NCBI RefSeq assembly: GCF_902713615.1
Contig: NC_052152.1
Span: 35,315,810 to 35,379,809, forward strand
Reading direction: 5' to 3'
Length of the DNA stretch: 64,000 bases
Source: Scyliorhinus canicula
Lineage: Eukaryota
Below are positions 1-12,459 of the stretch, one piece after another. The position numbers and the translations under genes are program-made. How positions within the stretch are numbered: the first letter of the stretch is position 1; each line of letters begins with the position of its first letter. The notes beneath the pieces are model-generated. The model was not told where the DNA came from. It did not search any database and was given only the letters and a program-made list of their open reading frames with translations.

Positions 1-1247
1 CTGGATTTCCAATCCCAATGGGCTTGGAGTTCTGAGTCAGGCAATTTCCCAGCTTGTGGCACTTGCATCCCTCAAATGGAGAAAGCTTCATTCCAGAGGA
101 GTGGTTGCGGGATAATGTTAGACATCCTGTCCTGGATTGGAGGTGACCAGAGGGGCTGCTGAATGCCAAATCAAGATGTTTAGAAGGCCCTTTGTTACTA
201 TTGTTTTCCTAAGTATTAGGCCCTTTATCCTCATCCCACCATGCCATATATATGAACTCATGCCAATTCAGGCCCCCTACCTTTGCACATCACTCCTAAT
301 AGCCCATATGCCAATGTAATGCCAACACATGACCCCTTATATCCCTTATGCCAACTTGGTGCCAACAACCTTTGCCATCATACCCTCCATACCAAGGGTA
401 TCTACCATAGGCAGACCTCAGGTGCCATGCTGAGATTAAATAAAATAAAAATAAAGTTCTGAATATATATCACAGTCTTCACTCTATAAAAAACTCTCAT
501 TCATGAAAGCCATTCTTAAATTACCTCAAGTACTTAACCTATTATAAAACACAATTTGCATTGATAACCCCTCAAAGACAGGTAACCTTTAACCTCTGTG
601 AGCAATCAATCAAACTGAGCATTGAGTTCATCTAGTCCTACTGAGTTTGGGTTTTCCACATATTGGAGTCACTTCCAACCCAGGTCTCCCTCAGTGAAAA
701 TGGTTCCCACCGGATATGGAGATGGGACTCCCGGATCCGGAGTTCACCTGTCATTTTGAACTTTCAACGACTCCATGAAAATCCAGTTCACGGAGTTTTC
801 GGGGTGGGGAACGGGGGGAGTGGAACTCAACCAATTCATATTGACTGCAATTCACAACATCTAGAGTATTGCACATGCGCAAACCATGCATACAGGGGCC
901 TTTCCTGCAGGGTTGCCATCAGCACTCGAGAGACCAATTGCCTATACCTTAAACTCCAGCCAAAATCAGGAGTGTTAAGAACCTTGGTTTCCAGTGCAAA
1001 GGACAAACATAGATGCAATTAATTTAGCCATGCTGTCTAATACAACCTGTGGTTAAATAACCATTTTGTGCAAATTGTGTCATATCCAATTTATTAAAAA
1101 ATGGCCATTTGTATAAGGCACTACCAGGTACTCATGGACTGATACCCTATCATGACTTAATGCCTTGAGAAGAAAAGTGGAGAATTGCAGGGCTGGGGTG
1201 GGGTGCAGGGGGGCGGGGGGAGGTTGGAAAACACATTTTTCTGGAGT

Positions 1248-1570
1248 GGGGTGGCACAGTGGCACAGTGGTTAGCCTCACAGTTCCAGGGACCTGGATTC
1301 AATTCTGGCCTCGGGTGACTGTCTGTGTGGAGTTTGCACTTTCTCCCCGTGTCTGCGTGGATTTCTTCCGGGTGCTCCGGTTCTCTCCCACAGTCCAAAG
1401 ATGTGCAGATTAGATGGATTGCTAAATTTCCCCTTAGTGTCTGAAAAGGTTAGATGGGGTTACTGGGTCATGGGGATAGTGGAGGTGTGGGCTTAAGTAG
1501 GGTGCTCTTTCCAAGGGCTGGTGCAGACTTGATGGGCCAAATGGCCTCCTTCTGCACTGTAAATTCTATT
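1248..1570 (+). mobile_element. HE1-like V-SINE with CR1/HER1-type 3' tail
   Basis: tRNA-like head GGCACAGTGGTTAGC...GGATTCAATTC; V-domain GTGGAGTTTGCAC...CCGGGTGCTCCGG; tail GATGGGCCAAATGGCCTCCTTCTGCACTGTAAATTCTAT. Confidence 0.9.
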
Positions 1571-1872
1571 ATATGATATCTCCTTTTGTGAAAATCATGT
1601 TTTTTATTGCTTTTCCCCATTTTATTCTATGCTTTTTACCATGTAGAAACTGCCAGCTCCAGTTTGGAACTGCCCAGTGTTGGACGAGTTGTACTGCCTG
1701 TGGTTGAGAATTTGTTGCCTCAACGTGTCCGCCACTTCCTGCATTGGTGCCTTACACGGAAGTTCCAGGTTCTTGTCCATTTAAATTAAGTTGCCTTCCA
1801 TTAGATCATTTCCTTTATTCTTAGAGAAACTATTAGCTGACCAGTTATTTTCCTCTTTAATATTTGTTTCAG

Positions 1873-1892
1873 GAAGGTACAAATGGTGTAAT
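1873..1892 (+). other. possible 20-nt micro-exon of an unidentified host gene
   Basis: Pyrimidine-rich TTTCCTCTTTAATATTTGTTTCAG acceptor and GTATGT donor. Phase-compatible with 10906-10945 (joined reading EGTNGVINGNICWKRPIHPP or GRYKWCNQRQHLLEKTHPST). Confidence 0.2.
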
Positions 1893-2623
1893 GTATGTAC
1901 AGCTTTTTCCTTTCACTTTACTACTCCCTCAGGAAAACCACAAATGAAAAAGTTTTGTAATACCTTGGCGCTTCTAGGTCCTGTGGAATTGTAGATAAAA
2001 GTGTTCTGTTAGTTGGGACAAAGACTTATATTTGTTTTGTACATACAAAAAACAGTTGTTGGGAATTGATTTTACTTCCATATAAATGGACCACATTGGA
2101 TCACAATAGCGTGTGTAATTTACTCACGCACACTATGGAGATGCAATGAATTGGTTCATTAAGAATGTCCTGAGCATAGTAAGTTCTCCAGTTTCACATG
2201 TAATTTGTAAGACTGGCTTTACACTTAGTCCTAAAGTCTGATCAAGATCCATTTTCTGCAGTGTGTAGACACTTGACCAGTGACAGTCTGGGTTCACCTT
2301 GAGATTATTTATCCAGAGCAGCAACAGGAACTTTGTGAGGATAAGAAGTGAAAATCGTGTTTTCTCACTTTAACATGTTCAAGCCATGATGTTAGGTTGC
2401 AGATCAGCCATGCTCTCAATGAATGACAGCAAAGGCTTGAGGGGCTAAATGACCTACTGCTGTTTCTATGTTATCCATTTGGACAGCTTCAAGAGTATGG
2501 TGCAGTAACCATTACAGCCACCAGCCTATAAGCTGGGCTAAATTTTCCAGGCCATAAGATCTATAGAAATGAAAGGAAAAATGTGAATGAGGTGGAGTAA
2601 TAATATTGATAAAAGACATAATC

Positions 2624-2933
2624 AGGTGGCACGGTACCGCAGTGGTTAGCACTGTTGCTTCACAGCGCCAGGGTCCCAGATTCGATTCCCGGCTTGGGTC
2701 ATTGTCTCTATGGAGTCTGCACATTCATCTGTGTCTGCATGGGTTTCCTCCGGGTGCTCCGGTTTCCCCCCACAAGTCCCGAAAGACGTGCTTGTTAGGT
2801 GAATTGGACATTCTGAATTCTCCCTCTGTGTACCTGAACAGGCGCTGGAATGCAGCGACTAGGGGCTTTTCACAGTAACTTCATTGCAGCGTTAATGTAA
2901 GCCTACTTGTGACAATAAAGATTATTATTAATA
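2624..2933 (+). mobile_element. V-SINE with alternative tail ending in (ATT)n
   Basis: HE1-like head and body followed by CAGGCGCTGGAATG...GGGGCTTTTCACAGTAACTTCATTGC...GACAATAAAGATTATTATTA. Confidence 0.85.
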
Positions 2934-3680
2934 ATCACAGCAGAAGAAAAGGAGACTTTCAGTAAGGCGAGCAGGCAGTAGCAACAGTTTAGGTGGATTT
3001 AAGGAACAATAAAGAATGTAAAATTCTGGTTGCCTGCAGAAATGATGTAACTGCAAGAGAAATAAATACAGAGATCACAGAAGCATGGAACAAAAATAAT
3101 GTGGGTTCTGATGGATTATTTTAATTTTCAGATGGATGGGAAGAAGCTGAAGAGAAAATTATGAAGAAATGAATTTTGAGAGTGTTTTTGGAAAGTTTTC
3201 TGGATAGGGTATGTTATTAGAATGACAAGGAAACACACCATAATAGACTCAGTGATGCGTAAAGAAACAAAAGTAATCTGACAGTATGGGAACATCTTGC
3301 GAGCAGTGACGATATCATGATTGAATTTTACACTGGCAAGGCCGAATCATAAACCAAGATTTTTTTTCCATAAACTTTGAAGGGATGAAACATAAACTGA
3401 CTACAGTAAATGGGTAAATCGACAAGCAGTGGGAAGCATTTGAAGTGGTATTTGGTAGAATGCAAAACCAGTACATAAAAGGAAAAAGCTCAACTTGTGT
3501 AGTTAGGCAACCATGGTCAACAAATGACGTAAGGTACAGTGTCAAGCTAAAAGAAAAGACTTACACAAAAGCAAAGAAACCCAGAGGACTTAGAGAGCTA
3601 TATAAAGCAATAAAGGTTTACAAAACTTATTAAGAAGTGCAGAAAGTATGAGAAAAACATTTCAAGGGATCAAAGCTAAT

Positions 3681-4334
3681 GGCCGGGATTCTCCAACCCC
3701 ATGACGGGTTGGAAAATCGCCCGGGGGGGCGCGGCGGGTGGGGAGGGCGTGCGAGAATCGCGCCACACCGCCCCGACGCCGGTTCGCCGATTCTCAGACG
3801 CCGATTTTCGGGCATCCGTTGAAAGCGCCCCCCCCTCCCCGGTGATTCGACGGGCCGAGTGCCCACTGAGTTCGGCCGAGTCAAGCCAGCGTGGGTTCTG
3901 TATGGTCCCACCCAGCGGGACATTGGAGTTCTGTCTGCGGGGGCCGTCCAGGTTGGGGGGGGGGGGCGGGGCAGAGGGATCTGACCCCCGGGGGGGGTGC
4001 CTCCCCGGTGGCCTGGCCTGCGATCGGGGCCTACTGATTGGCGGGCGGGCTAGTTCCGTGGGGGCTATGTTCCTCTGCGCCGGGCCCCTGTAGGGCTCCG
4101 CCATATTTCCGGGGGGCCGGGGCGGAGACAGGAACCCACGCACATGCGCGAACTCACGCCGGCCGTGGCGCGCCGGCTTTCGGGCGCCAGAGCTACAGAC
4201 AGCATTCCGGCACCATACTAGCCCCCTAGGAAGGGGTGGATACCTGCCACTTGAGGCCCGTTGATGCCAGAGTGGCTCACAGCGCTTTTCATGCCGCCGT
4301 CAGAACTTGGCCGCAGGATCGGAGAATCCCGGCC
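3681..4334. mobile_element. PIF/Harbinger-type non-autonomous DNA transposon (MITE)
   Basis: Perfect 14-bp TIR GGCCGGGATTCTCC / GGAGAATCCCGGCC; 3-bp TSD AAT (3678-3680, 4335-4337); GC-rich non-coding interior. Confidence 0.85.
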
Positions 4335-4760
4335 AATGTTTTGAATGTATAACAAGGAAAGTAGGAAATAACAACAGCAACTTTAATTTATATTGCGAGT
4401 AATGAAACGTGCCAAGTAATATGAAGAAAGCATGACACAAAGCCACATAAGGAGCTATTAGGTCAGACAACCAAAAGCTTGGTCAAAGAAATTGGTGTTA
4501 AGAAGTGTCCTAAAAGAGGAGAGCAAGGTGAGCAGTTCCACTGTTATCCAACTAGGTTGGGGCTGCTCTTACCTGATTCCATTCTTATCTATCTAATCAT
4601 GGCTTCACTTCCTGCTCCTGCACTGTTATGTCTGTCCCCCAAGGGACTATCTTTGACCATGTCCTATTTCTGATCATGTGGAGATGCCGGTGTTGGACTG
4701 GAGTGAGCACAGTAAGAAGTCTTACAACACTAGGTTAAAGTCCAACAGGTTTGTTTCAAA

Positions 4761-4797
4761 TCACTAGCTTTCGGAGCACTGCTCCTTCCTCAGGTGA
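4761..4797 (-). ncRNA. minimal type I hammerhead ribozyme motif (PLE-associated)
   Basis: Minus strand TCAC-CTGAGGA-A-GGAGC-AGT-GCTCC-GAAA-GCTA-GTGA: CUGANGA and GAAA core boxes, 5-bp stem II, 4-bp stem I, palindromic AGCU in place of stem III. Confidence 0.75.
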
Positions 4798-4885
4798 ATG
4801 AAGAGGTAGGTTCCAGAAACATTTATATCGACAAAGTCAAAGATGCAAGGCGATACTTTGAACGCGAGCATTTGCAAGAAATTAA

Positions 4886-5327
4886 GAGGGTGATTCTCCA
4901 AAATGGAGACAGAGTGTTCGCGCTGTCGTGAACGCCATCGCGTTTCACGACGATGCGAAACAGGCACGGGGATGATGACCGATTTTGTCCCCCACAGGGG
5001 GTCAGCACAGCGCTGGAGCGGTTCACGCCGCTCCAGCCTCCCTTCCCGTGCCAAATGGGCACCGCGCCAACCCGTGCCCCCCCACCCCCAGGTGAAAGAG
5101 CGCTTTTCCCCGCCCCAGATGCCGCCCCCGACCCTTCGCACAGAGTTCCCGGTGGCAGCGACCAGGGGTGAATGGCGCCGGCGGGACTCTGTCGTATCCG
5201 GGCCGGAATCGGAGAATCAGGGACTCTGTTGTATCCGCACCTCGGAGAATCGCGCACCGGCGGCGGGGTGTCGTGGCTCAGTTGCGGCGATTCTCCGGTC
5301 CGGTGTGGGGCTTGGAGAATCGCACCC
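4886..5327. mobile_element. PIF/Harbinger-type MITE nested in the PLE
   Basis: TIRs GAGGGTGATTCTCC / GGAGAATCGCACCC; TSD TAA at 4883-4885 and 5328-5330. Confidence 0.85.
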
Positions 5328-6991
5328 TAAATCTTTACAGAGCCAGAGAGAGGGGTAACCCCAGGCTAAAGAGGCGTGAATTGTCTCAAGCCAGGACAGT
5401 TGGTAGGATTTCGCAAGCTCAGGCTAGATGGTGGGGGGTGAATGTAATGCGACATGAATACAAGGTCCCGGTTGAGGCTGTACTCATGTGAACTTGGCTC
5501 TAAGTTTCTGCTTGGCAATTCTGCGTTGTCGCGCGTCCTGAAGGCCGCCTTGGAGAACGCTTCTCCGAAGATCAGAGACTGAATGCCCTGGACTGCTGAA
5601 TGTTCCCTGACTGGAAGCTATTTCTCATCGACATGCTGCCCGAAAGCAGAGCATTAGTTTCATGTGTTCACTGATGATTCCAGCTTTTTTACCACAGCGC
5701 CACATCTCCTGACTCCCCCACAGTTGCTAAATTATCACACTGCTTATCTGACCTCCAGTACTGGATGATCATAAATTTCCTGCAATTTCCTCCATCCTTT
5801 AGTTTCTGACTCCATCCTTCTCCATGGCAACAATCTGAGTTTAAGCCTGTCTGTTCGAAACTTTGGTATCACATTTAATCCTGGGATGAGGTTCGGACTT
5901 CAGATTTGTGCCATCACTGAGATCATCTATTTCCATCTCTATAATATTGCCCAATCCCCTCGTCTCAGCTCATGTGCTGCTGAAACCTTTGTTCATGCTT
6001 TCATTATGACTATTCCAACGGACTCCTAGCCGGTCTCCTGCATTCTACCCTCCATAAACTTGTCACTCTAATCTCTGCTGCCTGCGTCCTAACTCGCAGC
6101 AAGTCACCTTCACCAATTTTTCCTGTGCTCGCTGAAGTACACTGGCGCCCAGTCAAGCAATATCCTGGTTTTAACATTATCATCCTTGTTTATAAATCCC
6201 TCCAGGCCTCCCATCCTTATCTCTGTAATCTCCTCCAGCCCCACTGACCAAGATATCTATGCTCTAATTCTGGCCTCTGTTCATCTCTGATTTTATTCGC
6301 TCCCCTATTTGTGGCCTTGTCCTCAGCTGCCTAGCACTCAAGCTCAGCCATGCAGGTTGCTATTGCCTCTGGGAACCTGGCTCTGGGAAAAGTGCACTGA
6401 GGCGGGAATATGTTGGGGAGCTGTCCTGAAGAACTCTGTTGTAAAATTCTACCCCCGACCTTCAGATTCACCTCCACGGTGTTGGAAAACTCCAGTCATG
6501 AAATCAGTACTTCGTACTGATTATTTTCACAGTAGAAGAAGAGGTTTAGAGTGTCAGTGAGACAAGTGATACTCGAATGGTCACTTTGAGAAGTCTCAGA
6601 GTGATAGCACTTGAATTATTTGGTATTACGTAAGGAAAGGATCTTCTGGGTGCAACCACATTTACCACTATTGGGCTCTGCTCTCCTCTGCCAAAATCCA
6701 CTACTCCAAGATTATCCAGGAATGCAAAGATAACCCATGGTTTCTTTTTTTTCCTTTGTAACCCATCTCCTTAAACTTCTCTCCCCTGCCCATCTCCCTC
6801 ACCTCCAGACCTGGAGTTATCTGCCACTGAATTGAAACCACCGACACAGCTGCTATTCCCCTATCCCCCCTTTCTTGTCCATCAAGTCACTTTCCTCGAG
6901 ATTTTCCTCTGCTGCAAATGTTAACTTGCTTCTTTCTCCAGTTTATCCCACGTCTTGACTATTCCAATGCTCTCCTGGCTGACCTCACATC

Positions 6992-7160
6992 CAGTGTTTC
7001 CTTTAGGCTGCAGCAGCCCAAAGCCCCGATGCAGGTCGGATGGAGTCGGCCCCTTTAAATTACCCGGTGTGTGCAGCCATGGCCGTGCAAAATGATTTAA
7101 AGGGGCCATGCGCTTAAATAAGTCGCCTGCATACTCAAAAGAAAGTTACTTAGAATATTA
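6992..7160. mobile_element. possible hAT-type MITE inserted in an L2 remnant
   Basis: Starts CAGTGTTTCC; 8-bp TSD CTC(A/C)CATC at 6984-6991 and 7161-7168; internal 13-bp inverted repeat at 7048-7060 and 7095-7107; right TIR degenerate. Confidence 0.4.
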
Positions 7161-7444
7161 CTCCCATCTTTCATCCTGCATAATCTGAAGTGCATAAAAA
7201 AACCCTGCTACTGATATCCTTACATGCAGAAAGCCCTGTTCCATCATTCTTGTACATACTGACCTACATCAAGTCCTAATTCATTAATACCTCAATTTTA
7301 AAGTATTCATCCTCGTGTTCAAATTCCCCCATGGCCTCAGTCCATCCTGTCTCTGTGACTTCCTGAAGTCCTACAACCTTCTGAGAACTGCATTCCTCCA
7401 AATTGGAGCTCTTATACATCCTCCTTTTTTAAAATGAAACTATT

Positions 7445-7720
7445 GGGGTGGCACGGTAGCACAGGGGTTAGCACTGCTGCATCACAGCATCAGGGACCCG
7501 GGTTCAATTCCGGCCTTGGGTAACTGTCCGTGTGGAGTTTGCACGTCCTCCCAGTGTCTGCATGGGTTTCCTCCGGGTGCTCCGGTTTCCTCCCATAGTT
7601 CAAAGATGTGCAGGTTAGGTGGGGGTAGGACTGCGGCGTTGGCCTAGGTAGGGTGCTCTTTCAAAGGGTCGGTGCAGACTTGATAGGCTGCACTGTACCA
7701 ATTCTTTGACTCTATGGTTC
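7445..7720 (+). mobile_element. HE1-like V-SINE
   Basis: tRNA head and V-domain with a shortened CR1-type tail. Confidence 0.85.
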
Positions 7721-10700
7721 TTGTTCTATTGACGGCCATACGTTCAGCCATCTAAGCTCAAAGTACTGAAATTCTTTCCCTCCACCTCTCTCTTCTTAAA
7801 ACCTGCCTCTTTGACAAAATCTCTAGTCACCTGTTCTAACATTGCCTTCTTTGGCTCCCTGTCAATTTTGTGTTATCTTATTTTCCTGTGAAGCACCTTG
7901 TGATCTTTACTATGTTAAAGGTACTGAAGGGGGGGGGGGGGGGGTCAGCGATGATACCTCTTAAAACTGAATCGTTACCATGCCACTGGAGTAGTTTTAC
8001 ATAAGTTGTTTTTATTAAGGATTGAGATGAATTATAGGACTGAGTAATCATTATTCACCATTAAACATGTATTTTTAGGACATACCAGTAATAAGTAATC
8101 AAAAGGGATTTAGGATCAAGCTAACTTGACCAAAAGGACATTACTTCTGACATCTTGTCTTTGTGAAACAATTCAGGGTGCTGGTTCTGTTGTTCTGATT
8201 CTCACAGTCAGCAAACTGCTGGGATTGTACCCAGCTGTCAAGATGAGGTGCTGCGACTCTATTGGGTGAAGTTTAAACACTGCTTGCAATTCTATTGGAT
8301 AAGTTTAAAAGTAGCAGCTTCAGGGATTAGATTGCGTCCAACTGGGGAGGGCTATTGATTTTTGAACGTTGTATAATTACAGTGTTCGGGTCTTTGTTCG
8401 GCAGAACAGGTTTTGGCCGATATCTAGTCTGTTCTCCGTGTGCACATAACAAGCTTGATTAAATAGCCATCTTGTCCAGGTTGCGGTGTTTTGTTCCTCT
8501 CTGTACTGAGCTGAGCCACAGGGAATAACCCCACATGGAAGCTGACTCAATACACAGGTCTTGAAACCGCTCCTACATCAGGTACTATATAAAACTAAGT
8601 TGTATTGATCAAAATGATTCATTAGTGTGTGAAAGATGATGGACCTGGAATTGACTTATCTTTTAAAGTAACTCACCAAACTATTTTCAGTTCAGTTAAA
8701 TATTTTGGAGTTTCTTTCAGTTACCTATCTCAGGAGTTTAAACACATTTAGTCAGGCCTAAGATGAGATGGAGGTACCTGGACTGTAGACAAGACAAGTT
8801 TGATCCAATAAATGACCTTTTCTTGACTGGTGTAACCAGACGTAGAAACTAATATATGAACTAGGAGCAGGAGTAGGCCACTCAGCCCTTCGAGCCTGTT
8901 CCGCCATTCAATGCAATCATGACTGATCTGATCACCTTTATAGATTGTCCAATATGTTACTATATGATAGTGTAGCCAGGAGGACCGCCCTTGTGACATC
9001 AACAGGATATTATGATTTTCAATGTCATGTTCCTCATGTGGCCTCTTCAATCTCTTCAAAGATACGGAAATAGATTCAGTAAGGCCAGATACAAACCAAC
9101 AGACAGGAAGTGAACACATACTGTAACAGTTAATTCCAAGTCTCAGTCTTGCTTATTCTCTCTTCAAATATGGAAAAATTAATAAATTGTACATATTGCT
9201 CCATCTGTTAGGTAACTTGTTTTTGGCAGAACTACTGCTAATTGTTAAAATGATCTTTGGCATATTATTTAGATTTTAACTTTAGGCCCAGGGCTTTATA
9301 CCTGAGCATCTTCCTTAAAACATGTTCTAAAAGTAATCCTTCGTGTTCACAGCCAAAGAGAGTGAGGTGCCAACTTCTGAGTACTAATTTGCTAGCGGGC
9401 CTGTCAATAAACCCAACCTACCCCCGCCAACCTCTCCTGGGCTATGAAGTTAAAAAATAAATTTCTGCCTCTCTCAAAATGAATGCTGGTTGTCCTTGCT
9501 AACAGATCTGAAGTAGGCCAATTGACAGCATCAGTTTGATGCAGGCTGTGAAGTGAACAACTTCATAAAATCACATGTCTGGTTTCGGCCTACACCTCAA
9601 ATATCCTTAGTCTGCGGCCTTCCCGCTTTAATCTTGTACAATTCATTTTTTTTTCATAACACAGCCCTTAAACATAATCATTTCCAAATTCTTTCCGTGG
9701 ATAAAAAAATTAATTCAGATCAGTAAAAGTATCAGACAGGAAGATTTCTGTTTCCCAGTAATCCAGATTTACTGTCTTAAGGGCAATTAGGATCAGCCAA
9801 GGAAAGAATTTACCAGTGAACAAAATTTAGGACTGCACTGGTCAGTCTGGGAGGTAGGGGGACTTTAGCTTCATTGAGTGTTGTGGATCTGTTTACTGCT
9901 TTGGTGCCAGCTATATATGATCTGCATCCTGTCACCACGCATACACACTTCTCGACAATAATGTGTTTAAAGTTTGTTTACGGTTTAGAATATTTAGTAA
10001 CCACAGCTTAAAGCTAAGTTATGTTCAAGAAAATGTAACCAGGGCAACCGTCTCAATATCTTCAGGGAAGTGTCTCTGGGCAGACATCTTTTGTATCCGT
10101 TTTGTAAAATGTCTTAATGTCTGCTGAGGCTTAAAGCCACTACTGCATAAGCTATATTTCTCAATGTCAGTTTCTGGATTGTTGTTAACTTTTTCTGACA
10201 CAAACATCTCTCCAATTGGGGCTTTGTTTCGTTGGGTAAGTTAACAAGTTTCCCGTGCTCATTAGCAGATATATCAAATATGGCCTGAGAGTTGCAATCC
10301 CTCAACTATATTTAAAATTCCTGCCTGAGGTGCTCCTTGATTTCCTTTTGGGCAGGAAATTACTGTTCCTTCCTCTGCATGAGTCTGATACAAAAGTTCT
10401 GTTAGGTGGATGCCAAAGGAGCTTGGAGTTGCACTCACAGAGCAAAAGTGTTTCTCAAACCTCAACTTAGCGTTTGTGTCTTTCGGAACATGTGCATGTG
10501 GTAATATTATGGCTAAAGAAAAACATGATGCACTGAGATCTCTTAATCCCTTGCCTAAATAACATTAGAATAATGAGTAATTGGTGCATGTTACATTACT
10601 GAGCAGGTAAAGGAAACTAAGGGATGTTGTGCAACATTTTCACTGATAATGTAAGATAGAATCTCCATTACCATTTGGATTGACCAGTCAAACTTGATGG

Positions 10701-10905
10701 ATACCTGGGAACCTTTGTTTTATATTTAGGTGTTTTGAGCAACGTGTAGTTTACCGCCTCTTTCCGGGTCACATTCAGTCAGTCTCTTGATTGAAATCTG
10801 AAATGGGAACATTCTATTTGTAGTAATTAGTTATTGTATAATATTTATTATGGTTACGGAAGCTTTATAAAGTATTAAAATGCTTCTTTTTGGTCTCTAT
10901 TCTAG

Positions 10906-10945
10906 CAACGGCAACATCTGTTGGAAAAGACCCATCCATCCACCT
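10906..10945 (+). CDS. candidate 40-nt internal exon of an unidentified host gene (coding status unknown)
   Basis: Acceptor TGCTTCTTTTTGGTCTCTATTCTAG and consensus donor GTGAGT in non-repeat sequence; all three frames open (NGNICWKRPIHPP / QRQHLLEKTHPST / TATSVGKDPSIH). Confidence 0.45.
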
Positions 10946-11002
10946 GTGAGTTTATTTCTTGTCAGGTTTCTCTGAAAAGCTTTCTAAATAGAACATGGAG
11001 CA

Positions 11003-11325
11003 CAGAACATACAGTACAGAAGGAGGCCATTTGACCCATTGAGACTGCACCGACCCACTTAAGCCCTCACTTCCACCCTATCCCCGTAACCCAATAACCC
11101 GTCCTTACCTTTTTTGGACACTAAGGGCAATTTTAGCATGGCCAATGCACCTAACCTGTACGTCTTTGAACTGTGGGAGGAAACCGGAGCACCCGGAGAA
11201 AACCCACGCACACACGGGGAGAACGTGCAGACTCCGCACAGACAGTGACCCCAAGCCGGGAATCGAACCTGGGACCCTGGAGCTGTGAAGCCACAGTGCT
11301 ATCCACTTGTGCTATCATGCTGTCC
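11003..11325 (-). mobile_element. HE1-like V-SINE
   Basis: Reverse-complement head, V-domain and CR1-type tail. Confidence 0.85.
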
Positions 11326-12239
11326 CATGTTAGCTGTTTTTAAATTAATTTCTTCTTACGCTTGAGCTTTCATCAAATAAAAGTGCACCACTGGCGCACC
11401 ACCTCAGGGAAGATGTCTCGGTATTGTACATATGAACTGGGAAAGGAAGGTCATGGGGGTAACATTATAATGTCATCTGTATCAAATTGCCTGAAGAGTT
11501 AACATCATCTCATCTGGGTTTAATTCTTCACTATGTGGGGGGTGTTTTCATGCAAAGAAGGAAGATTACCCTCCAGATTAGGCACCCTTTATAGATAGCT
11601 GGCAGTGGAAAAACGCTGGAATTAATTGCAGTTGGAGTTTCATTAGCTTTGCGAGTGACTCTCCCGTGGTACATGGATAGCCTCTGAAGGTCAACATTAA
11701 GTTGCAGTCCTATGACTCATCCATTTTTTGTAATTTATATTATAAACTCAGTTAAATGTAAACCATGTTAAAAATTAAACAAAAAAGTGGAAAAATGATT
11801 TCAAAGAAGCTCTGTGTCTGTCATAACCTCAGATTGAAACTGTCATCCCACTCACAAGTTACTCGGTTGCTGCACATCAATTTAAAAAAAAATGAATAAT
11901 TGAAGTCATATTATGCAATATGCTAACTGAACAAATCACTATCAGTGGAAGTTTTCAGTTCTGAATGTCCCATTTGAATTTTGCCATGTACAATTTGAAG
12001 AAAAAATTGGAAAAAGCAATGTGACTCCGAGTAGGTGATGCAATGTTGTTCTCCTGTGATAGTATAAAGGGTTAACAGATGGGATATGCTAATATATGAT
12101 GGAGATGATAATGTATCACTAACATTAAGTCAATAATGTTTTAGATTATTTTGAGAGGTTGGAACACCGTGCCCAGGAGCAAACATGCCTATTCTGTAAC
12201 CTGTTAACATTGTGTGTTTTTATTTATTCTTTATTTAAA

Positions 12240-12432
12240 AAAAATAAATTTAGAGTACCTAATTCATTTTTTCCAATTAAGGGGCAATTTAGCGTGGCCA
12301 ATCCACCAAGTCTGCACATCTTTGGTTGTGGGGTGAAACCCACGCAAACACAAGGAGAATGTGCAAACTCCACACGGACAGTGACCCAGAGCTGGGATCG
12401 AACCTGGGACCTCGGTGCCATGAAGCTGCAGA
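12240..12432 (-). mobile_element. V-SINE, A-tailed subfamily, 5'-truncated
   Basis: AAATTTAGAGTACCTAATTCATTTTTTCCAATTAAGGGGCAATTTAGC tail plus V-domain. Confidence 0.85.
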
Positions 12433-12459
12433 GCTTCACCGGCTGGCCTTATTTCTTTA

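Larger units (their letters stand above)
4677..5617 (-). mobile_element. Penelope-like element 3' fragment (GIY-YIG C-terminus plus terminal repeat)
   Basis: Minus-strand frameshifted translation LPVREH/SSPGHSVSDLRRSVLQGGLQDARQRRIAKQKLRAKF/EYSLNRDLVFMSHY; hammerhead motif; 12-bp TSD CTATTTCT(G/C)ATC at 4664-4675 and 5618-5629. Confidence 0.85.
4550..6340 (+). mobile_element. decayed L2-clade LINE RT/3' region, interrupted by a PLE
   Basis: Removing the PLE rejoins the degenerate RT motifs VPQGTIFDHVLFLIDMLP and HVFTDD; typical L2 C-terminal sequence follows. Confidence 0.7.

Noticed and set aside
1248-1320. tRNA genes at SINE heads
   Set aside because: A/B-box-like heads continue into SINE bodies and do not form complete cloverleaves.
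3630-5491. Pro/Gly/Arg-rich ORFs and an apparent CpG island
   Set aside because: They fall inside TIR-bounded MITEs; GC richness explains the lack of stops. The same applies at 16488-17164.
7928-7944. Poly-G/poly-C runs (also near 21780-21830, 42970, 61520, 63300, 63810) as functional G4 elements
   Set aside because: Isolated homopolymers are frequent throughout the window, their lengths are error-prone, and nothing supports a function.
10906-10948. Resemblance of TATSVGKDPSIHL to the EML5/EML6 WD motif (GxDPSIHIWD)
   Set aside because: The expected Trp codon is TGA overlapping the donor site, and no other EML-like exons are visible, so no gene symbol was assigned.
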